A stretch of 64,000 nt of DNA from Alphaproteobacteria bacterium (GTDB lineage: Bacteria; Pseudomonadota; Alphaproteobacteria; Sphingomonadales; Kordiimonadaceae): NCBI GenBank assembly GCA_021774775.1, contig JAJFIT010000249.1:4099-68098 (forward strand), read 5' to 3'. Under the pieces are notes generated by a model. That model saw only the letters and a list, made by a program, of their open reading frames with translations. It did no database searches and was not told the DNA's origin. Shown piece after piece: positions 55,781-64,000 of this stretch (its first letter is position 1; every line of letters starts with the position of its first letter). Both the position numbers and the translations under genes were made by a program.

Positions 55781-57544
55781 TTATTGTAACCGCAGTAGTT
55801 GCCTGAGCATTTGTAACGATGCCTCTGGACATGGGAATATCTTTTGCCAATCGAGGTTCCGTAATTCATCCCGCCACCGGAGCAATGTTTGATAGTCAGA
55901 GTAAAATGACTCAATTTTCCCATTTTTTCCTTGTTTTATAAGGGTATTTTTGAGTTCGTAATTTTGATTTTGACTTGTTGTCACTAATTCGGGGTTCTGG
56001 GGTCTAATTTCACCATTTCGCCTTTGTTTTCTGCCATTCTTATGGGGTTCGTAATCTCGATTGAGGCGTGGCATCCAATACATCAAATACTGGCTCGCAG
56101 CCGTATACTCATGTACGATTTTACGCCTATCTTGTTTCAAGTTTGCAAAGAGAATTTTTATCAATAGTTGCCGCTCTTCCGTTGTTCCATTCTGATAGAT
56201 GTCTTTCGCCTGAAATGCCAACAAATGCAGTAGCTCGCGTAATTCTCCGTATTCGCCTTCTTGGTCGCTGGTTACTTTTAAGGACGCCGTCAGTGCGTCT
56301 TCCTCATTGGTCAACTCGTTAATTTTCCGATCACAGTATTCTGCCGGAGCATCCTTGTTGATCTTGGCTTCATAATATTTATCCTTCTTGTTTCTGACAG
56401 AAATAAGAAGTTTCTCCAGACGTGGGATATCATCTTTACAATCCTGACTAATTTGAGCCTCCTGCTCTTTCAGCCCGGCTTGTATTTCGGCTAGCACATC
56501 CTTGTTTTTCGGCGCAATGAGATCAAAGGTGGGGAACAACTGCTCTTCAACCCGCTCCTGTCTCATACAGGTCTTATGCGGGCAATGGCGAGAATTACCA
56601 TGGTTATAGCAGTGACCATAATAATGTCCCTTCTTGAGATACCACGTTACCAGCCCTCCACAACCGATACATCGGATTTTGCCCTTGAAGACTGGATTAT
56701 GCTTCGAGAAGTATGGTGTTTTGATTGGACGTTGTAGTTTCCGCTGTACCGTATCAAAGAGCCGTTTACTAATAAGCGGTTCATGTTTGCCGGGGTAGAG
56801 TGTTCCGTTCCAGCGAATCTTGCCGTAGTAAAAAGGATCGGTCAAAAGAACATGGGTTTTGCTGGTTGATATCTTGTTGCCTGCTCTGGTTCTCAGCCCT
56901 TCTTTATAAAGTTTGTCTACCAGTCGGCTAATCGAATAATCTCCGGTGGCATACCGCTCAAACATAAACCGTATGTACTTGGCGACTGGCTTATCAATGA
57001 CATGGATTTTATGTCCTTTCTCACCAGTTGTCTTGTATCCCAGTGGCGGTTTTGTCGGTAGCCAGCCATGCTTAATTTTCGTCTCTTGTCCCGCTTTGAC
57101 TTTTTCGGACAATAGGCGCACGTAAAACTCAGCAACGGCAACTTTCATGCGCCATATGAACCACTCATGAGATTTCGAATTTTTGTGAAGAACGCAACCT
57201 TCCTTGACCAGATGGATTTGATTACGTTCATCGTTTAATAGCCATGCATCGATACCAGTTACGTCAGAAAAATTTCGGGTCAGACGATCTGTCGTTTCTA
57301 CAATGATGACCCTGATTCCGTTTCTACGGACATAGACCATCATTTGATTGAAAATCTTGCGCTTCTGCTTTCCAGCCGCGCTTTCTGCAATGCGGTATCC
57401 TTTCCGAATGTCAATGCCGGTTTTCTCTGCGTAAGCGTCTAATGAGTCATCTTGAGCGTCAAGGGAGTATCCGGTCTCCTCCTGTTCTTTAGACGAAACG
57501 CGAGCGAGTTTAACACCCGGTGTTTTGGGAATATTGGTATCCAT
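55781..57544 (-). CDS. Large serine recombinase (resolvase + recombinase + zinc-ribbon/coiled-coil domains)
   Basis: Catalytic ARVSS.EQ...GYSL.AQ, 'ESA', 'DRLTRN', 'P.GY', 'PFYYG', 'HEPLIS..LF..VQ' and 'C.GCG' zinc ribbon. Confidence 0.93.
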   Translation of the reverse strand: MDTNIPKTPGVKLARVSSKEQEETGYSLDAQDDSLDAYAEKTGIDIRKGYRIAESAAGKQKRKIFNQMMVYVRRNGIRVIIVETTDRLTRNFSDVTGIDAWLLNDERNQIHLVKEGCVLHKNSKSHEWFIWRMKVAVAEFYVRLLSEKVKAGQETKIKHGWLPTKPPLGYKTTGEKGHKIHVIDKPVAKYIRFMFERYATGDYSISRLVDKLYKEGLRTRAGNKISTSKTHVLLTDPFYYGKIRWNGTLYPGKHEPLISKRLFDTVQRKLQRPIKTPYFSKHNPVFKGKIRCIGCGGLVTWYLKKGHYYGHCYNHGNSRHCPHKTCMRQERVEEQLFPTFDLIAPKNKDVLAEIQAGLKEQEAQISQDCKDDIPRLEKLLISVRNKKDKYYEAKINKDAPAEYCDRKINELTNEEDALTASLKVTSDQEGEYGELRELLHLLAFQAKDIYQNGTTEERQLLIKILFANLKQDRRKIVHEYTAASQYLMYWMPRLNRDYEPHKNGRKQRRNGEIRPQNPELVTTSQNQNYELKNTLIKQGKNGKIESFYSDYQTLLRWRDELRNLDWQKIFPCPEASLQMLRQLLRLQ

Positions 57545-57650
57545 TGAATACGTGATTAAAGCGCTGTTATCTCAAACAACGGGCTTTGAATTCATAATAA
57601 GGTATGTTCTCTGTCAGCGCGAATCTCTGAAGTGGGCAACTCTTCATGTC

Positions 57651-57815
57651 TTATTTTCTCTTCACCATCCTTCGCGCAATTTTGATCATGGTGAAGTAAT
57701 ATTTCATAACCTCGTTGGCGATCTCCTCAACTTCTTCTTCGGTATATTCTTTCAATCCACCGTATGGTTCATGAAGTCGCTTAAATGCCTCAATCCGTTC
57801 TTTTGATAATTTCAT
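57651..57815 (-). CDS. Small 54-aa protein upstream of the recombinase (not in the ORF track)
   Basis: Manual translation: MKLSKERIEAFKRLHEPYGGLKEYTEEEVEEIANEVMKYYFTMIKIARRMVKRK. Begins 8 nt after the ATPase stop. Confidence 0.6.
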   Translation of the reverse strand: MKLSKERIEAFKRLHEPYGGLKEYTEEEVEEIANEVMKYYFTMIKIARRMVKRK

Positions 57816-57823
57816 AGAGGAGA

Positions 57824-59077
57824 TCAATTGGATTCCGTGGGTACCCCCCTGTTGATATCACTGTCCGCCACCAGCTCGGGATCAGCAGGAAAGATATATT
57901 TACGCCGTTTGTTGTGCGGGTCATGTTCTTCGATAATGAGTCCCGCAATTTCTAACATCGGGAGTATCTGTTGGCGCAGTTGGGCGGCATCCATCATACG
58001 TCCGTACACATGGTAATGCTCGGACAGCACTTCGGTGCGCAAGAGCCCAACCGTGCGTCCGTTATAGTTCTTTTGCTTGTCTCGCCATGCAGGCAGGATC
58101 ACATCTTTGTAGAGTTGATAAACATAAGGGGGGAGATTGAGTTCTTGGGCGGGCGCAACGGCCTCCCAGAGGGCAAATGCTTCTGCAAAGTCGTCAGGGT
58201 GCGTGGTGATGGTAGTACCGTCTCGATCACGCCACCAGAGGTTCAAAAGGGCAAACGCTTTCATCAGTGAAATAAAGCGTTTTATGTCCCGTTGCGCTCG
58301 TGGACGGAGTGTCTTGCTCGTACCGAGAAAGACACGCTCTATCTCGGATTTCAGTTTTGGTTCAATACGGATGTGTTTGATTCCGGCAGCCTTGATCGCG
58401 CCAATCCGCACACGGAGCGCGTTACGTCCGTCATCGTTTTCCAGCTTCGCAAGATACCTGGCATCGTCCATTTCTCGCTTGATCGTCTCGCCAACACTGT
58501 CTTTGATCTTCATCTGACTGATATCGGGAGAGAGCAAAAACATTCTCGTGGCTTCTTGCTCATTAATGCGTAATTGCGCGGTTGAAAAAATAATAGATGG
58601 ATAGCCCTTCAACAACACATCCTTGGTGCGCAACCCCTGCTTTTGGCTCTTGTCAGTGATCTTGATGTTGATGGTTTTAGCATCATGCGAGAGCAGTGGT
58701 CTGAGACGTGCCAGAAGCTCTGTATGAGGCATGTCCAAGAAGGTCAAAATCCGCCTTGATAGATCGACGACAATCCGTCCTTTCTTCGTTTTGTCTGGTA
58801 TGCCAACCTCGTGAAAAAAGGCGGTCGGAGAACAGTAACCCAACTGCACGACGTCTTCTTTCGGAAAGAGTTTGCCTATCTCAATCGGAATGTAACTTTT
58901 GCCGGTCGAAGAGGGTGCGTTGTAGCTGATATTAAATTGATCCTCCTCGCTATACGCCGAAAGCGCACAGAGAAACGTCACCAGCTTATTAGTACGGTCG
59001 TGTTTGATAGTGAGGTCGAGAACTTGGGCGAGCCGGTCTGAGGTCATCGGCTCAAACTTGAGGGAAGGTGTAGACAT
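57824..59077 (-). CDS. P-loop AAA-type ATPase/helicase-like protein with a C-terminal winged helix
   Basis: Walker A APSSTGKS, 'SPTAFFH', 'LRPLLS.D', 'TR...LSPD.S', 'R..RD' and a C-terminal 'L..LE.AGLI' wHTH-like segment. Confidence 0.65.
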   Translation of the reverse strand: MSTPSLKFEPMTSDRLAQVLDLTIKHDRTNKLVTFLCALSAYSEEDQFNISYNAPSSTGKSYIPIEIGKLFPKEDVVQLGYCSPTAFFHEVGIPDKTKKGRIVVDLSRRILTFLDMPHTELLARLRPLLSHDAKTINIKITDKSQKQGLRTKDVLLKGYPSIIFSTAQLRINEQEATRMFLLSPDISQMKIKDSVGETIKREMDDARYLAKLENDDGRNALRVRIGAIKAAGIKHIRIEPKLKSEIERVFLGTSKTLRPRAQRDIKRFISLMKAFALLNLWWRDRDGTTITTHPDDFAEAFALWEAVAPAQELNLPPYVYQLYKDVILPAWRDKQKNYNGRTVGLLRTEVLSEHYHVYGRMMDAAQLRQQILPMLEIAGLIIEEHDPHNKRRKYIFPADPELVADSDINRGVPTESN

Positions 59078-59467
59078 ACCTGTTTGTTGTTAACGAATAT
59101 GCCATTGAGCATAGATGTAGGGGGCACAGGGTCGAGGCTACCAGAAAGGGCTACCCATCTGTACCCACCGGCGCACCCGCTCCAACAGTCATGAATGGTA
59201 TAAATCAATCACAGGCAAAATAATCAGACCGACTTTACGTTCTGTGTTCGATTACAGACCGCGCTTTTTTATACATACTCGATATCCTTGCATCACTGCA
59301 CCGCATACAGATATTTTTGTCTCACTGTCACCTACTTCTAGGTCGGCAAACGCACATTATAAATACTCGGAAGCTCTTGAGGTTACAGAGCCGTACCGCC
59401 CGACATATACGCAGTGAGATGTAGAGAAGTTCTTGTCCCCAGAGTGCCGAGGTAACACTCAGCACAT

Positions 59468-59986
59468 ATGCACAATAAAACCTCGCAGGAACGAAAGTTT
59501 CTTGCTCTTTTTCCCACCTACTGCGGTGTCGGCTATGCCGTGGCTCGTGACGCCGATAGTTTTTCTGCGTGGGGACTAAGAAAGGCGGTTGGTGACGACG
59601 CCAACAAGATCGCTATTCGCAAGTTTGTACGCCTTCTCAATCGTCATAAGCCAACCGATATTATTCTCGAAGATATCCCTAAAGACGCAGAACACAAGCG
59701 TTCCCGTGTCGCCGCCCTCATTATCTCGATGTCGCAGATCGCCATGAGCCAAGGGTGCACGGTGTACTTCTACACCCGCGCGCAGATACGCGATGCCTTC
59801 CACATGCACGGTGCCTTCACCAAACATGAAATTGCCGAAGTCATTGGCACCATCATGCCCGAGTTGACGCACGCGATACCTCCAAAGCGAAGGGTGTGGG
59901 AGACAGACCCGCCTGCGATGTCATTTTTCTGCGCTGCCTCGCTTGCACTCACACACTTCCACTTTGAACAAACACCTACAGGGTAA
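59468..59986 (+). CDS. RuvC-fold protein with degenerate catalytic residues
   Basis: 'LALFPTYCGVGYAV' (cf. GIDPG...GY.V), 'P..IILED', 'TK.EIA' and a C-terminal 'FFCAASLAL' (cf. D..DA.A.A). Confidence 0.55.
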   Translation: MHNKTSQERKFLALFPTYCGVGYAVARDADSFSAWGLRKAVGDDANKIAIRKFVRLLNRHKPTDIILEDIPKDAEHKRSRVAALIISMSQIAMSQGCTVYFYTRAQIRDAFHMHGAFTKHEIAEVIGTIMPELTHAIPPKRRVWETDPPAMSFFCAASLALTHFHFEQTPTG

Positions 59987-60080
59987 AAAAACGCCTCTCT
60001 CCTGATGGGGAGCAGGGAGAAGCCCTGAGCATCCGCTCTCGGCTTCACATCTGTTCCATCATCAAAGAAGAGGTTACAAA

Positions 60081-60971
60081 ATGAAACCATCAGCAATCTA
60101 TGAACGTGTCACCAACCAGATCATTACGGAGTTGGAGGCGGGTACAGTGCCGTGGGTCAAACCATGGAAGACAAACGAGGAGCATATGCTTCCGCACAAT
60201 GCCGTCTCATGCCGTCCCTATAGTGGGGTCAATGTGCTCCTGTTGTGGTGTGCCGCCGAAGAGCGAAACTATACCCGCGCTGGATGGCTCACCTTCAAAC
60301 AGGCTCGTGCGCTTGATGCCTGTGTCCGCAAGGGCGAAAAAGGCACGCACATCGTGTTTGTCAAAAAACGTGAGGTATCAGACGATGATGCCGACCACGA
60401 CGAAGATACAAAAACAATATCAGTTATCCGATCCTATGTGGTCTTCAATCTGTGTCAGATTGAGGGGCTGCCGGAGGCATATCAGACGGTAGAAGACGAT
60501 CTGCCTGCGCATGAGCGGATAGAGGCAATCGAAGCGTTTGTTTCGGCACTCGGTATTGATATTGCCCACGGCGGGGCGAGGGCTGCGTATAATCCACGGC
60601 ATGATACTATCGTGATGCCAACCCTCTCAAGCTTCGAAGCGAGAGAGCACTATTATGCAACCCTCTTCCATGAACTCGGCCACGCCACAGGACACCGAAA
60701 ACGGCTCGCTCGTGACCTGTGTGGACGTTTTGGTAGCGAGGCGTATGCAGCGGAAGAACTCGTTGCAGAACTCACTTCTGCCTACCTCAGTGCCACCTTC
60801 GGCATTGAGGGACAGCTTCGCCATGCCAGTTATATCGAAAGCTGGCTCACACTCTTCAGGCAAGACAGCCGTGCCATCTTCACGGCTGCGGGTCAGGCGC
60901 ACCGCGCAATGATCTACCTGCTACAAGCAGCGGATGTTCCACTCTTTGAGGATCACGCACAAACCAGATGA
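60081..60971 (+). CDS. ardC: ArdC-family antirestriction/ssDNA-binding protein with a zincin-like domain
   Basis: 'Y..VT..II..LE.G..PW.KPW', 'YSG.N...LW', 'WLTFKQA', 'VRKGEKG', 'VFN..Q', HELGHATGH and 'YA.EELVAEL'. Confidence 0.93.
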   Translation: MKPSAIYERVTNQIITELEAGTVPWVKPWKTNEEHMLPHNAVSCRPYSGVNVLLLWCAAEERNYTRAGWLTFKQARALDACVRKGEKGTHIVFVKKREVSDDDADHDEDTKTISVIRSYVVFNLCQIEGLPEAYQTVEDDLPAHERIEAIEAFVSALGIDIAHGGARAAYNPRHDTIVMPTLSSFEAREHYYATLFHELGHATGHRKRLARDLCGRFGSEAYAAEELVAELTSAYLSATFGIEGQLRHASYIESWLTLFRQDSRAIFTAAGQAHRAMIYLLQAADVPLFEDHAQTR

Positions 60972-60991
60972 GAGTATCCACACTGTTCTTC

Positions 60992-61020
60992 AAGCCCCAT
61001 GATTTTCCATGGGGCTTTTT
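60992..61020 (+). terminator. Rho-independent terminator after ardC
   Basis: AAGCCCCATG-attttc-CATGGGGCTT followed by a T-tract. Confidence 0.8.
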
Positions 61021-61038
61021 CTATGTCAGAAGGTGGGC

Positions 61039-61083
61039 GGCGCTGAGGGGTTCTTTGACAGATTTGAGATAGACCTCAGCGCC
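61039..61083 (-). terminator. Inverted repeat downstream of the lipoprotein operon
   Basis: GGCGCTGAGG...CCTCAGCGCC 10-bp arms around a long loop. Confidence 0.4.
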
Positions 61084-61119
61084 TACGGCTCAGTAGAACT
61101 CAGCCGATCAGTATAATTT

Positions 61120-61716
61120 TTATAAACCAGCCCCGGGCGCAATAGGGCCCAATTCCTCTTGGCGAAGTTTGGATTTTTGACGCAGTGCATCTTCCATTCC
61201 GGGGGTCATCGCACCACCGGTCAGATTGGCCGCAGCATCTTTTGCAGCCTTGGCAATCTCCTGCGGTGGGATCATCACTTTGACGCAAAAACGGACATCA
61301 TCGTCCATAAACCGAGTGTCCTGCACATAGGCCATCTGGGTTAATCGACTACTAACCAGACTGAGATCGATGACGTTTCTATCAATTCCCTCAAAGGTCG
61401 ATTGCTGACTGGAGCCACCGACAGTATCAAGCTCCTCACGGTATATCTTGATCATTGCTTTGACCGTGTCATGCGCCTGCCGACCGATTTCTGCGCGCGC
61501 CAAGGTCGCCGCCTTGTCTTTCAGCACGTCCATACTGCTGCCACGCCTTTTCAAACAGGTAATGGCCTCCCCGAATATAGGAGACGCAAACACCCAATTG
61601 CTCTGCGACGTGCCGGAAGGCGCTGTGGGTGCTGATGCAATGTCCTCTTTTGGCTTGGATGAACAGCCAACAAGCACTACCGATATAACGGCAACCAAAT
61701 ACATACTGTTTTTCAT
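61120..61716 (-). CDS. Lipoprotein, LPP20-like
   Basis: Lipobox LVGC. 'A...ARAEI.RQ....VK' resembles LPP20-type helices. Confidence 0.6.
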   Translation of the reverse strand: MKNSMYLVAVISVVLVGCSSKPKEDIASAPTAPSGTSQSNWVFASPIFGEAITCLKRRGSSMDVLKDKAATLARAEIGRQAHDTVKAMIKIYREELDTVGGSSQQSTFEGIDRNVIDLSLVSSRLTQMAYVQDTRFMDDDVRFCVKVMIPPQEIAKAAKDAAANLTGGAMTPGMEDALRQKSKLRQEELGPIAPGAGL

Positions 61717-61760
61717 AACAACATCCTTCCTAAAACTTGTTCAAATACCAACATCAGAAT

Positions 61761-62300
61761 TCACATCTCCACCGCCATCACATCCACAACCGGCACTTTA
61801 ACTTGCCCGGTACAGGTGATCTTGGTTGTTCCTGCCTCGGACGCCTGACGCTCGCACTGCGGTTTGCCGACCACTTGCGCAATGCCAACCAATTTGTTGA
61901 TGGTCTCGTCCTTAAAGTCCTCATAGGCAGCGGTCTGTGTTCCGTTACCCCATTCCTTACGAACCAACTCGGTTTTGGCGGCTACAAAGACACCGTTGAC
62001 CTCTTCGATGGCTTCTTTAATCATTCGTGCCCGCGCTTCACCAAGCACGCGGTCATAAGCTTCCAGACCACCGCCAACATAGGTGCCGTTACCTTCAACC
62101 ACACGCGACATGCGTCGCCCTTTCGCGTCCGTTTTGTACCGAACTTCAAAGCGGTGGCTTCCCAATTGTCGCTCGGTTACAAACACACCGGTGGTTGCAA
62201 GTGGAATGACCACCGAGGGTCTGGATTGGTTACCAGAAGCGCAGGAAGCAAGGCATAGCGACAGAAGTGCCAATCCAAGGTATGCACCGCATGGGGTCAC
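61761..62300 (-). CDS. Hypothetical lipoprotein
   Basis: Lipobox LASC. GTGA overlap with the upstream gene. Confidence 0.6.
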   Translation of the reverse strand: MTPCGAYLGLALLSLCLASCASGNQSRPSVVIPLATTGVFVTERQLGSHRFEVRYKTDAKGRRMSRVVEGNGTYVGGGLEAYDRVLGEARARMIKEAIEEVNGVFVAAKTELVRKEWGNGTQTAAYEDFKDETINKLVGIAQVVGKPQCERQASEAGTTKITCTGQVKVPVVDVMAVEM

Positions 62301-63160
62301 TTGCTGATCTGCCGTTCGAACGCTCGTTGCTGTTCCACCCGCTTCTCAATCCGGGTGAGCGCATCCAGATACAGGTCTTCGCGGAGATCAAACTGATTGG
62401 CGTCACGGTACTGCGTAAACGCCTGTTCAAAATCACCGCGCATTTCATACAGGACACCCATGTTATAGAGGGCGGCAGCACGGCCTTTGCCGTCGATGGT
62501 TCCGTCTGCGACTTGGCGAAAAATGGAAAGAGCTTGGTCCAGACGACCTTTCTGGGCGTAGGTAACGCCGAGCGCAAGATCATCATTCCCGTTTTCCTTG
62601 AACCGGAATGTGACCCGTTCCGCGTGCGGGGAGATATCCCGCATGATGCGTGTGGCAAGGGTCTTCAAAAGCATTGTGTCGATGGCGTGTTCAGCCAGTG
62701 CGTAAGCGCGTGCCTCGCTTGGGCCATTTGGGGAAAAATACTGCCGCTCAAAACTTTCGGTATAGGCATCAGCAACGGTGCCACTACGGGTGCGAAGCTC
62801 GTAGTTTACCGTGACGCTCTTTTGCTGCTTGTAATAATAGGTGTAGTGGGTTCTGCCTTTTTTATCGGTCCAGCTATCCATCCAACTGTCCGTCTGTAAG
62901 CGGCTCCAATGGAGCGAGCCGCCGAGGACGCCTTGTGCGCCGCGATCAACAACTCGTATATGGCCCGCGTCTACTATCGCGCCCTTGAGCAACGTCGTGA
63001 TCGACATGCCGGATGAGCGACCATAGTTGGCTTCAAAAGGACGCACCGTCACTGAAGAGACAGTAGTGCCTTTATATGCTGGCATATCAACCAGACCAGA
63101 CACTGTGGGGCTGCTGCACGCGCAAAGCGCCATACAGACAAAGATGAAGCTGAATTTCAC
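62297..63160 (-). CDS. Lipoprotein with C-terminal TPR repeats
   Basis: Lipobox LCAC. TPR patterns 'LGVTYAQKGRLDQAL..F' and 'ALYNMGVLYEMRGDFEQA...Y'. Confidence 0.7.
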   Translation of the reverse strand: MKFSFIFVCMALCACSSPTVSGLVDMPAYKGTTVSSVTVRPFEANYGRSSGMSITTLLKGAIVDAGHIRVVDRGAQGVLGGSLHWSRLQTDSWMDSWTDKKGRTHYTYYYKQQKSVTVNYELRTRSGTVADAYTESFERQYFSPNGPSEARAYALAEHAIDTMLLKTLATRIMRDISPHAERVTFRFKENGNDDLALGVTYAQKGRLDQALSIFRQVADGTIDGKGRAAALYNMGVLYEMRGDFEQAFTQYRDANQFDLREDLYLDALTRIEKRVEQQRAFERQISK

Positions 63161-63544
63161 AGACTGCCTCCCCCAATCACAAAGATATGTTCAAGGAAAA
63201 CAGATTAGCCCTTGAACAGTTTGACCAAAGTGTTCAGCAGGCCTCAGGGGTATTTAACGATATAAAGCAGTAACTTAGGTCAATTGAGCAAATTACATGC
63301 TTCGCTGGCCAAATTGATAAGCAAAAGAACTAGCCTTCACGCTCCACCGCTTCTACGGCAGCGCTAAGAGAACTATAGGAGCCTTTGTAGTATTCCCCGT
63401 CTCGGAATATACGAAACTTTGCGGAGCCGAGCATTTGATCCTCTCGCTCAATCTCAAATTTACATCGTTTACCGTAGATAGTTTCGACGATCACTTTCTT
63501 TGCCACTGTTTGCTTCCTTTCTGTGGGTTGTTAAAAACTAAAAG

Positions 63545-64000
63545 CTAAAACTTTCGCCAAAACCGACCTGCAATTTCCCGTTCTTCGGGACCGGTGGCAT
63601 CTGCGTAAATGGCAGTGGTGCGCAAATGGGTGTGCCCAAGCCATTTTTGAAGGATATTGAGGGGGACGCCAGATTGTAGAGCTGATACTCCCATGCTGTG
63701 TCGTAATCCCTTGGGGCTAGCATGTTTGCCCTCAATACCCGCTTTTTCCATGACCTGTTTAATACGTACCCATCCAGTTGTTCGACTCCACGGCCACAAC
63801 GCCTTATCTGCCTCGTTAGGTGAGCGTTGCGACCTTTTAATGCAGTGAACATCATCTAGGGCTAGCAATACTTCTGACGGTACGGGAACAGCTCGATATT
63901 GACCTCTCCGGCGTTTTTTCAGACATTCAAAAACGATGACACTGGCATCGAAGTCTATTCGGGCTGGAGAGAGAGCCAACACTTCGGAAATACGAGCGCC
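63545..64000 (-). CDS. Tyrosine recombinase (Xer/Int family), 5' end outside the window
   Basis: GARISE at the window edge, 'LKKR', 'KGLRH', 'WLGH' and catalytic Tyr in 'TTAIYA'. Confidence 0.9.
   Translation of the reverse strand, partial: GARISEVLALSPARIDFDASVIVFECLKKRRRGQYRAVPVPSEVLLALDDVHCIKRSQRSPNEADKALWPWSRTTGWVRIKQVMEKAGIEGKHASPKGLRHSMGVSALQSGVPLNILQKWLGHTHLRTTAIYADATGPEEREIAGRFWRKF

Larger units (their letters stand above)
38787..64000. mobile_element. Genomic island / integrative mobilisable element inserted at tRNA-Arg(CCG); right end outside the window; probably composite
   Basis: tRNA 3' fragment at the left edge and an abrupt switch to AT-rich defence genes. Contains relaxase/MobC/VirD4, serine and tyrosine recombinases, ArdC and Shedu. 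Confidence 0.85.

Noticed and set aside
63362-63392. Possible res/dif-like site downstream of the tyrosine recombinase
   Set aside because: The dyad symmetry is too weak to support a call.
63545-64000. Tyrosine recombinase as the tRNA-targeting integrase of the island
   Set aside because: It is truncated by the window edge and looks like a compact Xer/resolvase-type catalytic domain. Its role cannot be assigned without the N-terminus and the right att site.

Overview
This window looks like alphaproteobacterial chromosome, possibly a marine heterotroph (an inference from gene content only). The left ~38.7 kb is metabolic and has three blocks: (i) aromatic/indole-CoA catabolism (IorA/IorB-like oxidoreductase, two MarR regulators, acyl-CoA dehydrogenase, RidA, AbmA-like monooxygenase/reductase); (ii) a beta-glucan utilisation locus (SSS symporter, Trp-halogenase-family protein, TonB receptor, GH1, GPH transporter, LacI, GH16, GH3) with three copies of a TGTAAGCGCTTACA operator; (iii) an inositol-phosphate lipid/solute cluster (Ino1, CDP-alcohol phosphotransferase, NTP transferase, flippase, MMPL) next to an ECF sigma/FecR/TonB-receptor cassette. 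At 38787-38831 a 45-bp copy of the 3' half of tRNA-Arg(CCG) marks the left end of a genomic island that runs off the right edge of the window. The island carries a double m6A methyltransferase + McrB/McrC-like restriction module, a MobC/relaxase/VirD4 mobilisation module with a candidate oriT, a membrane coiled-coil + vWA-like operon with a candidate antisense sRNA, a second coupling-protein-like ATPase, Shedu, a large serine recombinase with a helicase-like ATPase, a degenerate RuvC + ArdC pair, three lipoproteins and a truncated tyrosine recombinase. The best candidate for an undescribed system is a tightly coupled three-gene operon inside the island: HTH regulator + queuosine-precursor (YhhQ/VUT) transporter + SAM methyltransferase. 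All family assignments come from motif recognition by eye; no database search was run.
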